DNA of 52,865 bases from a virus (lineage: Duplodnaviria > Caudoviricetes), in the IMG/VR virus record IMGVR_UViG_3300017785_005555, positions 1-52,865 of that record, one strand, 5' to 3'. Below the pieces are notes generated by a model, which saw only the letters and a list, made by a program, of their open reading frames with translations, searched no databases and was not told the DNA's origin. This document shows positions 8,645-17,802 of this stretch, in pieces. The first letter of the stretch is position 1; every line of letters starts with the position of its first letter. The position numbers and the translations under genes are program-made.

Positions 8645-11250
8645 GACGTGGACCTGCGACCGAAGAGGGGGATGGCGTCGGTGGCTCCCGACGAGGGAGT
8701 TACTCTACCGTCCGGAGCTGCGCGGCACAAGTCGTCGGGCACCGCGTAGGCGTAAGGCCGCTCACCGTTCGCCAAGGTCGGCCGACACGGCGTACACTTC
8801 AACGAGCGGAGCACGTCGGCGGCGCGGTTGCGGTGGATCTTCGTGACATCGGCCACGTCCATCTGGAGGATCTTGCACAGCACGTCTTCGATCGTGACGT
8901 GCTTCCACTTGGCCTTGATGATGCCGCGTTGAACCGTCTCTTCCCACACGTCATGCTCGCGGTACTCATCGTTGATGGCGTTGAGCTGACGAACATCTTC
9001 GCGTGTGAACTTGTAGTCCTCGCCGGCCGCGTATGCGGCGTACGCCTCGGCCCACAGTTGTTCCCTGTTGGCGTTGATCCAGGCGATGTCCACCTCCTCG
9101 CCGACCGAGATCACGAGGAACCGGCGGTTGCCCGTGGGGTCGGTGAGGAACTGCTCCTGGTTGGTGGTGCCGACGAAGACCGTCTCGCGCCCCACCTTGA
9201 CGACGTGCCGGCCGAAGGGCGGGCGGTAGTTGTCTTCCTGCGAGGCAAGGAACGCCTTGATGGCGCTGGCCTCGTACTTCTTGAAGCTGTCCATCTCGGA
9301 CACTTCCACCCACCAGTTCCCGGCGAGCTGCATGAACGAGTCCTTGCTGCCGATGTCCATCTTCGTGTCCGCGAACCAGCCGAACCGGGGACCGGTCGGT
9401 GGCGACACGAGACGACGCAGGCCCCAGCTCTTGCCCGCGTACTGGACGCCGGTGAGGACCAGCATGTAGTCCATCTTCGTGCCCGGCTCGTAGATGCGGG
9501 CGACGCAGTTGATGAAGAACTTCCTGGCCGCCATGCGGTAGAACGCGGCGTGCTCCGGACGGATGACGGCGCGGAACGCCAGGGAGAACACGTCGTCGAG
9601 CCGGGTGCCGGCGTCCCAGGTCAGGGCGTTGAGGTAGTCCTTGACCGGGTGGAAACCGTTGTCCTTCGCCACGAAGTACGCGACCTCCGCCACCATCTTG
9701 GAGTCCACCGCCATGCGGTAGCGGTACTCCATGTCGGTGGAGATCTCGGTGTCCATGTCGTCGGCCGCCGGCTTGTCCGCGTAGAGCAGCGAGCGGGCGA
9801 ACTCATCGAACTTGAACATCCCGGCGTAGGTCGGGTCGTTCTCCAGGATGAGCCGGATGTTCCCGCGCGTGGGCCGGGGCGTGCCGTCCCGCATGTTGAA
9901 GTGGAGCGAGGCCCAGACGGCGGGGTCCGCGTCCTCGGGCATGTCCTCGGGGTGCTGCTTGCGGGTCGCCCGCTCGGCCGCCTTCACGGCGCGCTCGGCG
10001 TCCACCCGCTGGTCCTTCGACTGCCGAAGAAGAACTTCCTTGGCGACCAGCTCGGCCGCCATGGTCTGGACCTCGGTGTCCGTGGCGTAGGCTTTCGCCC
10101 GGCGGAGCGCGTGCTTGGCGATGTCCCGCTCGGCGCGCGCCGTCTCCTCCACGAGGACCGCCTCGTCGAGCACCGCCCTGGCGGCCTCCAGCCACGCCTC
10201 GGCGCGAGCCTGGGCGTCCTCGGGGGAAGTACCCCCGTCCTCCTCGGGAGTCTCCGACCCGTCCGAAGACGGGGCCACCGGGGCGCTGCGACCGAAGAGG
10301 ACGGGGGAGGTGGTCGGGCCTGCGGGCTGGCCGAAGGGGCAGCCCTGGCAGGCGTCGGAAAGTTCTCGCGTACGGATGCAGGTGGTAGGACCGTGGGACT
10401 TCGCCCGCTCGATCTTCGCCTCCGTGTCCGCGAACGTGTACCGGGGGTCGGGGCTGCTGTTGGCGTGAGCCAGCTCGTCGCCGTTCTTGCAGCGCACCCA
10501 GACGGAGAGGGCGGCGTACCACTCGGGCTCGCCGAGGCCGACCGCGTTCTCCCGCGCGTGCTTCATGAAGGCGCACTTGGCCTCGATGGCGGAGATGTTC
10601 TCGACCTGGGCCAGCGGTCGAGCGATGCCCTTGAATCTGCCGGTAGATTCCCCGGCCCGGCCCGCGCCGCGCATCAAGGTAGGCAGGGCGCTGGATGCAC
10701 CGGGCGAGGGGGCTCCCGGTGCATCCTGGATGGAGAGACGGCGCGTGCCGGGCCAGTGGAAGGCGACGGGCGTGGAGGAGGGGTGCGCCGTGGGGGTGTA
10801 GTACATCCGCGCCGGGTCCTTGCAGGCCGGGTCCATGCGCGAGGGCAGGCACCGCTGCTCGGCCCACCGCCACAGGTGCGCGTGCTGCGCCACCGTGACC
10901 GGCTGGTCGAACGGGAAGATGACGCGGAAGGCGGGGCTGCCGTCCGCGTGGGAGTACGAGGTGTGGATCACGAACTCGTACGCCTGGAACGCCAGCGCGA
11001 TGGCCTCCATGTCGGGCAGCGGGCGCCCGTCCTTGGGGTCCATGTCCAGCACGAGGGCGGACACGCCAGTGACGTTCGTGTTCAGCCGTGTGGCCCCTGC
11101 CCGGTACAGGGCGGGGGACCACAGCGGGCCGGCGTGCTTGTCTTCCCGGAGGTCAAACTCCAGGAACTCCTCGGGCCACGCGGTATCCCCGGAGGTAGGT
11201 CGGTTATCGTCTACCGCGTGGAACACGGAGACAGGCAGATTCAAGGACAT
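8641..11250 (-). CDS. Primase-helicase: AEP/PrimPol domain, Cys-rich PriL-like domain, VapE/VirE-like SF3 helicase
   Basis: LVLDMD, HTSYSH, FRVIFPF, DPARMYY; CAFM..EPEWY..GPTTC..CQGCP; LTGVQYAGKS, FVGTTN, DPTGNRRF. Start assumed at MSLNLP. Confidence 0.88.
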   Translation of the reverse strand: MSLNLPVSVFHAVDDNRPTSGDTAWPEEFLEFDLREDKHAGPLWSPALYRAGATRLNTNVTGVSALVLDMDPKDGRPLPDMEAIALAFQAYEFVIHTSYSHADGSPAFRVIFPFDQPVTVAQHAHLWRWAEQRCLPSRMDPACKDPARMYYTPTAHPSSTPVAFHWPGTRRLSIQDAPGAPSPGASSALPTLMRGAGRAGESTGRFKGIARPLAQVENISAIEAKCAFMKHARENAVGLGEPEWYAALSVWVRCKNGDELAHANSSPDPRYTFADTEAKIERAKSHGPTTCIRTRELSDACQGCPFGQPAGPTTSPVLFGRSAPVAPSSDGSETPEEDGGTSPEDAQARAEAWLEAARAVLDEAVLVEETARAERDIAKHALRRAKAYATDTEVQTMAAELVAKEVLLRQSKDQRVDAERAVKAAERATRKQHPEDMPEDADPAVWASLHFNMRDGTPRPTRGNIRLILENDPTYAGMFKFDEFARSLLYADKPAADDMDTEISTDMEYRYRMAVDSKMVAEVAYFVAKDNGFHPVKDYLNALTWDAGTRLDDVFSLAFRAVIRPEHAAFYRMAARKFFINCVARIYEPGTKMDYMLVLTGVQYAGKSWGLRRLVSPPTGPRFGWFADTKMDIGSKDSFMQLAGNWWVEVSEMDSFKKYEASAIKAFLASQEDNYRPPFGRHVVKVGRETVFVGTTNQEQFLTDPTGNRRFLVISVGEEVDIAWINANREQLWAEAYAAYAAGEDYKFTREDVRQLNAINDEYREHDVWEETVQRGIIKAKWKHVTIEDVLCKILQMDVADVTKIHRNRAADVLRSLKCTPCRPTLANGERPYAYAVPDDLCRAAPDGRVTPSSGATDAIPLFGRRSTS

Positions 11251-11288
11251 CCGGGGTGGCTCCGGTGGGCGGGCGTTCGGCCAATGTG

Positions 11289-11609
11289 TCACGACTCGGG
11301 GTGGACTGCAACCTGACGCCAGTGTTCGGTCGCCTGCCGGCGCATGTGCTCGGCCCAGATGGCGTCCTTCTCCGGCCCATCCAACGCCGACCAATCGCTG
11401 TTGACGAACGCCGCCAGGGCATCGGTGGACAACGACCGGGCCCACTCCTCCGCCGAGAGGTCAGGCGTGTTCTCTTCGCGCGGGGTCTGCATCTCCCGCC
11501 ACCAGCCGTAGCCCGCCCACAGGGCGAGGATGACCATGAGGGTGGCGAGGCACCAGGGCCCGTCGGCGAGGATGCAGGAGACGCGGTGCGTGTGGATGAC
11601 GGCGATCAT
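11289..11609 (-). CDS. Hypothetical membrane protein
   Basis: One hydrophobic segment WCLATLMVILALWAGYGWW; ATGA overlap with the upstream gene. Confidence 0.6.
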   Translation of the reverse strand: MIAVIHTHRVSCILADGPWCLATLMVILALWAGYGWWREMQTPREENTPDLSAEEWARSLSTDALAAFVNSDWSALDGPEKDAIWAEHMRRQATEHWRQVAVHPES

Positions 11610-11851
11610 GAGCGGGACTCCGGCAGGTAGAAGGCGAGCTGGCGGACGGTGCGTTCGAGCTGCTTGCGACGAACTTCCTCGGCGGGGTCCGTCGCGGCGC
11701 AGATCAACTCGGCGTCCGCCTGGAACAGGTCGTCCGCCACGGGGTCCCCGTTGCGGTCCACCACCGTGAACAGGGAGGCGTTCTTGTTCTTGGGGCGGGC
11801 CGACCAGGGGCGGGGAGCAACGCCCCCCTCTTCACGGCGGTAGCGACTCAT
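11606..11851 (-). CDS. Hypothetical protein (PRPW...ADAELI, Gp86-like small phage domain)
   Basis: 81-aa ORF coupled to its neighbour; family resemblance judged by eye. Confidence 0.6.
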   Translation of the reverse strand: MSRYRREEGGVAPRPWSARPKNKNASLFTVVDRNGDPVADDLFQADAELICAATDPAEEVRRKQLERTVRQLAFYLPESRS

Positions 11852-11900
11852 CGGGGGGTCTTCATGTGGATGCGTCCGTGGTGGGGATCAAGCTGGCCCG

Positions 11901-12740
11901 TCATGGTAACACGGGAAGTAACTCAATGCGAACACATTCTCGTTCGCTCTTGCGTGCGTTCGCCAACAACACAGCTTCACCCAACCTTTCCTGCAAGCAC
12001 CATTCAAGCACGGCGGCCTGCACCCCGGCGAAGTGAGAGCGCGCGAGGTGGGCGAGCACCCGCTTGTCGTACTCGGTGAAGCTCGGGTTGAGGGACCGAG
12101 GGTGATGTCCCGGCAGGTACGCCGGCAGGGCGTAGCCGAAGCCCGCCACGGGGCAGGGCGGGGGCGGGCTCGCCAACCCGGCCAGGAGGCAGCAGCGGAG
12201 GATGAGCGCGCGGCTCGCCCCGGTCAGCTCGACCGCAGCCAGCAGGTAGTTCATGCCCTGGCGCGATAGCCGGACCCGATCGTCGGTGGCGTGCCGCGTC
12301 TTGCGGTGCGGTCGAACAGGGGGTGCAACCTGGGCGTCGGCGCGCAGCTCGACCACCCGCTGGCGCAGCATGAGAACAACTTCGTTACGCCCCTCTGGGG
12401 TGGCCCGGCGCAGCAGGCCCACGTCTTCCATGAACATGGACCCGGCCAACCAGTCGTAAGCGGCCGAGACGTTGCCCTTGAAGTAGAGCCGGGCCAAGTG
12501 CTGGAGAAGTTCTTTGTGAACACTCGTGGTGAACAGGGTCGCGCGCTCGAACGGGGGGTCGGGCCTGACGTAGTTCAACGCCGGCCGCGCCGGTCGAAAG
12601 CCCAGGGCCCAAGCCTCGATCGCGTGCTCGATCACGAGCGAGGTCGAGCACCCGTAGTACGTGGACCAGTCGGCCACCGCCGCGACGCAGAAGTCCCGGC
12701 TGGACAGGTAGATGGCGGAGCGGGGGCCGAGGTCGATCAT
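11901..12740 (-). CDS. Putative tandem ribbon-helix-helix DNA-binding protein
   Basis: Internal duplication (LQHLARLYFKGNVSAAYDW / LAHLARSHFAGVQAAVLEW; STSLVIEHAI / SRALILRCCL); start MIDLGP by ATGA overlap. Confidence 0.5.
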   Translation of the reverse strand: MIDLGPRSAIYLSSRDFCVAAVADWSTYYGCSTSLVIEHAIEAWALGFRPARPALNYVRPDPPFERATLFTTSVHKELLQHLARLYFKGNVSAAYDWLAGSMFMEDVGLLRRATPEGRNEVVLMLRQRVVELRADAQVAPPVRPHRKTRHATDDRVRLSRQGMNYLLAAVELTGASRALILRCCLLAGLASPPPPCPVAGFGYALPAYLPGHHPRSLNPSFTEYDKRVLAHLARSHFAGVQAAVLEWCLQERLGEAVLLANARKSERECVRIELLPVLP

Positions 12741-13027
12741 GGACGGGCGTGCTCCTCGCAGGCACTCTGGAAGTCGGCCGTCAACCCCGCCGAGGGTTGC
12801 CCACACACGGCGCAGAGCTGCCTCGTCCAGCTCACGACGCGGAGCCGACCCGAGATCCGAGCACCCTTGGCGATGCGACGCTTCTCCTGGTTCACGGACG
12901 CGAGCGTGATCTCGTCGAAGCTCGGGGCCTCGACGCCGCACCCCGGCCCGCCGAAGGTGAACGTGGTGCCCGTACCTGGGACTGTCGGCGTGGTCCGGTG
13001 GACCTGGATGTCGATGAGGTACCTCAC
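12737..13027 (-). CDS. Hypothetical protein with CxxC
   Basis: GTG start overlaps the upstream stop; stop overlaps the next ATG. Confidence 0.55.
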   Translation of the reverse strand: MRYLIDIQVHRTTPTVPGTGTTFTFGGPGCGVEAPSFDEITLASVNQEKRRIAKGARISGRLRVVSWTRQLCAVCGQPSAGLTADFQSACEEHARP

Positions 13028-13509
13028 GCTGCCGCCTCGATCGCGTGCTCGAAGGACACGTCGAGGAACCGGCTCGCGTCGTAACCGCCCCACGCTTCGG
13101 CGCGGTGGCCGATCAGTTCACCGGCGCACAAGGGCTGGCCGAACTTCTCCGCTGGGGTGTCCCACCGCAACGCGATGGCGCCCTGGTGCAGCTCGTGGGC
13201 GAGCAGGTCGACCGCTGCCCGGATGAAGGCACGCGCGAAGGCGCCCTGGTGCAGCTCGTGGGCGAGCGGGCCGACCGCTGCCCGGATGAAGTCACGCGGT
13301 TGCCCGTCCGGCCGCGTGTCCGCCCGCGCCGCAAGGGACACGGCCAGGGTGGGCTCGGTGTCCGACTCGGCCAGGGACATGGCGATGATGGTGAACCCGC
13401 ACTCCCTGGCGAACCGCTTGACGCGGTAGTTGACGTGCCCCGGATCCAGCAGGTACGGGCGCGGGGTCTGGTCCACTTGCAAGCCGATGTTGAGGGTGAA
13501 GCCGGTCAT
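13024..13509 (-). CDS. Hypothetical early protein with a 21-aa internal duplication
   Basis: SD GGAG; FIRAAV..LAHELHQGA occurs twice. Confidence 0.75.
   Translation of the reverse strand: MTGFTLNIGLQVDQTPRPYLLDPGHVNYRVKRFARECGFTIIAMSLAESDTEPTLAVSLAARADTRPDGQPRDFIRAAVGPLAHELHQGAFARAFIRAAVDLLAHELHQGAIALRWDTPAEKFGQPLCAGELIGHRAEAWGGYDASRFLDVSFEHAIEAAA
13177..13291. repeat. Tandem duplication, 63-bp period
   Basis: ggcgccctggtgcagctcgtgggcgagc...gaccgctgcccggatgaag at 13177 and 13240. Confidence 0.85.
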
Positions 13510-13529
13510 GTGAAGTTCTCCGTTACGGT

Positions 13530-13567
13530 GGGTGCGGTCGAGGGTTGCGGTCGAGGGTTGCGGTCGA
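13530..13567. repeat. Three 13-bp tandem repeats (GGGTTGCGGTCGA)
   Basis: Intergenic; the first copy lacks one T. Confidence 0.85.
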
Positions 13568-13572
13568 GCTGG

Positions 13573-13959
13573 TCAGGTGAGGGAGCGGACGTAGGTGCAG
13601 ATCTCCGCCTGTTCCACGGGCATGGTCGCCGTGAGGTACTGGAGCACCTCACCCCGGCGAGCGAGCAGGGCCCACTCGACGGCGGCGGACGCCGTGCCGA
13701 ACCAGCGCGGGGTCAGGAGCCCGAGCGCGTGGAGCGAGACGGCATCGAGCAGGAGCGGGGTCACGGTCCCGCGCTGGTCCAGGGTGCGGCGCAGTTGGTG
13801 AGCCGGCCGGGAGGGGGGCGCGATGCACCCGAGCACGAGCGCGGCCCGGAGGATGTCCTGCTTGGCGCTCCTCCAGCCGGGCCGGGCGTTGACCACGGCG
13901 GAGTCCAGCTCACGAAGAACTTCGGCGGCAGGGGCGGAGAGGCTGACGGTGGAACGCAT
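13573..13959 (-). CDS. Putative RHH-like protein, paralogous to 11901-12740
   Basis: STVSLS..AEVLREL..SAKQDILRAAL and LGLLTPRWFGTASAAVEW resemble the repeats of 11901-12740; start uncertain. Confidence 0.5.
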   Translation of the reverse strand: MRSTVSLSAPAAEVLRELDSAVVNARPGWRSAKQDILRAALVLGCIAPPSRPAHQLRRTLDQRGTVTPLLLDAVSLHALGLLTPRWFGTASAAVEWALLARRGEVLQYLTATMPVEQAEICTYVRSLT

Positions 13960-14171
13960 GAGCCCTCGTAATACCTGCTGCATAGTAGCGCAAGGGCTAC
14001 GCCTCACGACTACATGTAGACGGGCGAAGCCGGCGTTGTACGCCACGAACACGCGACGCGTCTGCATCTCCGGGACACGTAGACGAAGACGCAGGCGAGA
14101 GAACAGCGCGTAGAACCTGGGCTATCCTCATCCGTCTGCAAGTCTACATCATCAGGGGGTTCTCTTAGGGA

Positions 14172-14215
14172 TGGACATAACATAAATATGATAAGATAAT
14201 ACCTATGTTATGGAC
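14172..14215. promoter_or_regulatory. AT-rich inverted repeat in a divergent intergenic region
   Basis: CATAACATA (14176) and TATGTTATG (14204) flank an AT-rich spacer. Confidence 0.55.
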
Positions 14216-14347
14216 AAGGACAGGACTCTCTGGAAGTGCCTCTGACGGCGCTGATAACAGCAGCGTTACGTCAGGTTGAACCTGCGTTATCCCCGTCTGT
14301 ATCTCCCGACGGGTGCGGCGCCGGCTGGACGGTGATACGTCGTGACC

Positions 14348-14863
14348 ATGAAGACACTTCTGTCCATCGACGTGGGCCTGCACGGGCTCGGATGCGGGCA
14401 CTACACCGGGGAAACCCTGGATGCAGGCTGGTATACGCCTCGACCAGGGACCTCGGGCCGCGACCCGGAGGGCTGGCGACGGGTGGCGCTGGCGCTGGAG
14501 GGGTTGGCGCTACAGCCGGACCTCGTGGTGATCGAGACCATGAAGATCTACGACCAGCGACACTGGAAGGGGGACCCCGACGACATCCTCCAGCTACAGG
14601 GCGTGGTCGGGTGCCTGTCCATGCTCTACAGGGGGGCCCGCATCCGGGGGTACCTCCCCCAGGTGTGGAAGGGGCAGGTGCCCGCGCCCGTGCTCGCCGC
14701 CCGCGTCGAGCAGTACCTGGGCGCGCGCGGGTGGAGCGACCGGCTCGTGCTACCCGCTCGGTCGGAGGGCCGCGACCGAAGCGGGGACGTGCTCCATGGG
14801 GTGGGCGTGGGCCTTCACCACCTGGGCCTGATGCACGGGGGCAAGACCGTCAAGCGGGGGTAA
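14348..14863 (+). CDS. RuvC-like Holliday junction resolvase
   Basis: LLSIDVG...G, LVVIE, P..WKG, DVLHGVGVG (RNase H-fold RuvC pattern; last acidic residue appears as His). Confidence 0.75.
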   Translation: MKTLLSIDVGLHGLGCGHYTGETLDAGWYTPRPGTSGRDPEGWRRVALALEGLALQPDLVVIETMKIYDQRHWKGDPDDILQLQGVVGCLSMLYRGARIRGYLPQVWKGQVPAPVLAARVEQYLGARGWSDRLVLPARSEGRDRSGDVLHGVGVGLHHLGLMHGGKTVKRG

Positions 14864-15308
14864 CGGACTTCTTCGGCAGGCGCAGGCCCTTGTTCCAGGT
14901 CCGAGCGTTGGCGACCGTGAAGAGCCGGCCCCGGATGTCCAGCCAGCCGTTCGGCGTGGCCTTCTCCGCAACGACGGCGGCGTACTTCTCGACAATGGCG
15001 AGGGCCGCAGCCAGCTCGCGGCACGCGTCGGTGTGGCGGCTGCCGTCCTCGGGGGCGCCGGCTACCCACTCGCCATCGACGAAGCGGCCGGGGTTGGTGC
15101 CGCAGTAGTCCTTGGGGCGGCCCGCCTTGCCAGTCTCGGCCGCGACCGCCTGCCCGCAGATGCACGGGCGGTACGTGGGGCGGGGGGCGAGCCGCCGGGT
15201 GACGTAGACCCGCGCAGGGGGCGCGCTGTCGCCGCCGCCGGGCGCCGCGGGGGAGAGGCCAGGGAACTGGATGCGGGCGGGGCCAGCGGTGCTGCGGTAG
15301 AGGGGCAT
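14850..15308 (-). CDS. Hypothetical Zn-finger protein
   Basis: CICG...GRPKDYC...C; SD GGAG before MPLYRS. Confidence 0.6.
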   Translation of the reverse strand: MPLYRSTAGPARIQFPGLSPAAPGGGDSAPPARVYVTRRLAPRPTYRPCICGQAVAAETGKAGRPKDYCGTNPGRFVDGEWVAGAPEDGSRHTDACRELAAALAIVEKYAAVVAEKATPNGWLDIRGRLFTVANARTWNKGLRLPKKSVTPA

Positions 15309-15348
15309 GACGGTCACTCCGGGGTTGGATTCTGCCGGTGATATTACC

Positions 15349-15603
15349 CTACGAGCGGAGCGGGCGCAACACCTGGACCGCAGCGTCCCGCTGATAAGAG
15401 GCAAGGCACCGGTTGCAGCACGCGGTCTCGGCGCCGGTGAGAGGGTGGATGATGAGCCAGTACGCGCCGTGGGGGCACGCCATCTGGGCATCGCAGGGGA
15501 GAACCGCCACCGGCGCCGCCGCCCGCACGGGGAGGGCGACCCGCGTGATGAGGCTCGCGGCGGAAGCGGTACGCGTCGGGGTGGGGGTGCTGGTGGTGCT
15601 CAT
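15349..15603 (-). CDS. Hypothetical Cys-rich small protein
   Basis: C....C...CCNRC; follows the upstream gene by 3 nt. Confidence 0.6.
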   Translation of the reverse strand: MSTTSTPTPTRTASAASLITRVALPVRAAAPVAVLPCDAQMACPHGAYWLIIHPLTGAETACCNRCLASYQRDAAVQVLRPLRS

Positions 15604-15606
15604 GAA

Positions 15607-16014
15607 CTACTCCGCGAAGAGGATGGAGAGGGACCGAAGGGCGGTGAAGTGCAGGGCGCGGCCCTCGGGGGAGAGGGAGGCGGCGTACACCAGCACGGCG
15701 TCGCGCACCAGCTCGTGAGGGTTCGCGATGGCGTCCTTACCCCCGATGAGGGCCTCGAACGTGGGAACTTCGCCGAGCAGGATGCGCGTGTCCAGCGGCA
15801 TCGACGTGGCGGCCAGCTTGTACCAGCCCTCGCTCCCAAACTCGGCGGAGGACATGGACAGGGGGACGACGTGCCACGTCCCGGCGGAGGTGCGCGTGTA
15901 CTGCACGCCCGTCACCCAGCCGCTGCCGTTGCTGCCGTAGAAGTAGTCGGGCGGGATGGGCAGGCCCGCGTCGTTAGCGTGCGGGTGCTGATAGGTGGCT
16001 GCGAAGAACTTCAT
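15607..16014 (-). CDS. Hypothetical protein
   Basis: 135 aa, SD GGAGG. Confidence 0.7.
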   Translation of the reverse strand: MKFFAATYQHPHANDAGLPIPPDYFYGSNGSGWVTGVQYTRTSAGTWHVVPLSMSSAEFGSEGWYKLAATSMPLDTRILLGEVPTFEALIGGKDAIANPHELVRDAVLVYAASLSPEGRALHFTALRSLSILFAE

Positions 16015-16044
16015 AAGAACCTCCGTTCCCTGTGCGTTGGAAGT

Positions 16045-16100
16045 GGCCGGGCTTGGGACCGGCCTGCCGCATTGACCCCCGAGGGGAGGGCCCCTCTGCG
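16045..16100 (-). ncRNA. Twister ribozyme, circularly permuted (P5-type-like), copy 1
   Basis: RNA CGCA-GA-GGG-[GCCCUC/GGGGGU hairpin]-C^AA-UGCG-GC-A-GGCCGG-UCCC-AA-GC-CCGGCC; all twister core elements (P1, P2, P4, T1, T2) can form. Confidence 0.85.
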
Positions 16101-16105
16101 AAGGA

Positions 16106-17707
16106 CTACGCCGCCGCCCGGAAGAGGACGGAGACCAGCTCGCCGGCCGCGCGCTCCACCTGGGCGCGCTGCCACTCGCTGATCTGGTTGCTCATGTGCG
16201 AGCGGGTGATGGCGTTGATGAGGTCCGCCAGGGTGTTGCCCGGCTCCTCCTTCCAGCCGGTGAGGAGGGCCTCGGTGAGGACCGCCGCCTTGATGTCCGT
16301 CGCGAGCTTCTTATGCTCGACCGCCCAGGCCAGGGCCTCGGGGACGGTAGCGAACTTCTCCCCCCAAAGCTGGACCGCCTTGACCTCGGTGTTCCGGAGC
16401 ACGCCCCAGGAGTCGGCGAACTGGTTGAACATCTCGACCACCAGCTCCGTCTTGGCGGTGATCTCCGCCGCGACCGACTGCATGTTCCCCCGGTGACGAC
16501 GGCGGAGGAGGTTGGCGCTCGCCTCGCCGATGATGAGGAGGTTGAGGCAGCGGTTACGCCACGCCGTCCCGTCCACGATGATGGAGCCACCGCGCGCGTC
16601 GTTGCTGGAGTACGTCGCGCCGAGCTGGAACACGTCGCCCGCCGCGAAGTCCACCACCCGGTTGGCGTGCCACGTCGCGTTGACGCGGAGGTTGGTGGTC
16701 TCGGGGTCGTAGACCACCGTACCCCGCGCGTCCTCGGCGGCACCGTGCAGGCCGGCGATGATGTCCGTCGCGATGGCGTCGGCGTCGCGCACCCCGTAGG
16801 TCGTGCTCGTGACGGCGAAGACCGAGCGCACCCCGTTGTAGTCGCGGGTGCGGAGCTTCATCGTCTTCGGCGAGCCGTCGGCCGCGACCAGCTCGTTCGA
16901 GTACCGCTCCATCATCTCGTTGAAGAACGAGGCGCGCAGCTCGACCGGCGCCTTCAACAGGACGGGCAGGGCGCGGGGGAAGATGTCGCCCATGCCCTGG
17001 AGCAGGTGCCGGAAGCCGGACTCCTCCACCGCGAGCCCTTCGCCCGAGCCCTTGGTGATGCGCCCGTTGGGGAGCATCCGGAGGCCGGACATCAGGACGG
17101 TGGTGTCGATGCGGTTCTCCGCCGCGACCGCCGCCTTGACGCCTTCGAGCCCGTCGATAACCGGGGTCTGCTCCTCCCAGGCGAGGCGCGAGGTGCGGAA
17201 GTTGTCCTCGCCGACCGCGAGCACCTTCGAGCCGGCGGCGTAGACCGGGGGCGGGAGGGCGATGCCGATGGTGGAGAGCAGCTCCTCGTGGCGGGCGATG
17301 CGCGCGACCGCGACATCCGAGACCACGATGCTGGACTCGCGGCGCCCGGTGGTGCGGCTCGCGTCCGAGTGAAGTACGCCGGCCCCACCATCGGCCACCG
17401 AGGGGGCCGCCGCCTTGCGGGTGCGGGGAGCCTTGACCACCGGGGTGGGGGCGGCGACCGGCGTGACCACCGGGGCGGCGTCGCGAAGGTGAACCGGCGG
17501 GGTGGCGAGGATGCGCGCGTCGGTGGCAGCGGCCTCGGCGTTGAGCGCCTGCACCCAGGCCGGGGCGGGGACGGTCTCGGGGGCGGGGCGGATGCCCAAC
17601 TCGGCGGGGAAGCCGGCGGACGCGAAGGCCGCGCCGACCGCCTCGTAGGTGCCGGTGAGGGAGACGATGCCGGTGGACTTGTGGAAGAGCTGGAAGGTGC
17701 CGTTCAT
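16106..17707 (-). CDS. DUF932/DUF945-like protein
   Basis: VFAVTSTTY and SSNDARGGS..V..TAWRNRCLN...RRRHRG match the DUF932 pattern (NS.DG.S...R..C.N...RH); C-terminal TL.DL.NAITR. Confidence 0.65.
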   Translation of the reverse strand: MNGTFQLFHKSTGIVSLTGTYEAVGAAFASAGFPAELGIRPAPETVPAPAWVQALNAEAAATDARILATPPVHLRDAAPVVTPVAAPTPVVKAPRTRKAAAPSVADGGAGVLHSDASRTTGRRESSIVVSDVAVARIARHEELLSTIGIALPPPVYAAGSKVLAVGEDNFRTSRLAWEEQTPVIDGLEGVKAAVAAENRIDTTVLMSGLRMLPNGRITKGSGEGLAVEESGFRHLLQGMGDIFPRALPVLLKAPVELRASFFNEMMERYSNELVAADGSPKTMKLRTRDYNGVRSVFAVTSTTYGVRDADAIATDIIAGLHGAAEDARGTVVYDPETTNLRVNATWHANRVVDFAAGDVFQLGATYSSNDARGGSIIVDGTAWRNRCLNLLIIGEASANLLRRRHRGNMQSVAAEITAKTELVVEMFNQFADSWGVLRNTEVKAVQLWGEKFATVPEALAWAVEHKKLATDIKAAVLTEALLTGWKEEPGNTLADLINAITRSHMSNQISEWQRAQVERAAGELVSVLFRAAA

Positions 17708-17753
17708 GATGTGCCTCGTGTGCCGTGCCGGTGTAGTCCGGCGTGGTGGAGTA

Positions 17754-17783
17754 CCTCTATTCCCGGTGCGGGCCGGGCGTCAA
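17754..17783 (-). promoter_or_regulatory. Sigma70-like promoter of the DUF932-like gene
   Basis: TTGACG-N18-TAGAGG, same layout as the promoter at 3336-3365. Confidence 0.6.
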
Positions 17784-17802
17784 GGAAGAACTTTATCAAC
17801 AT

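Noticed and set aside
14125-14156. CUGAUGA on the minus strand as a hammerhead core
   Set aside because: No GAAA follows the adjacent hairpin.
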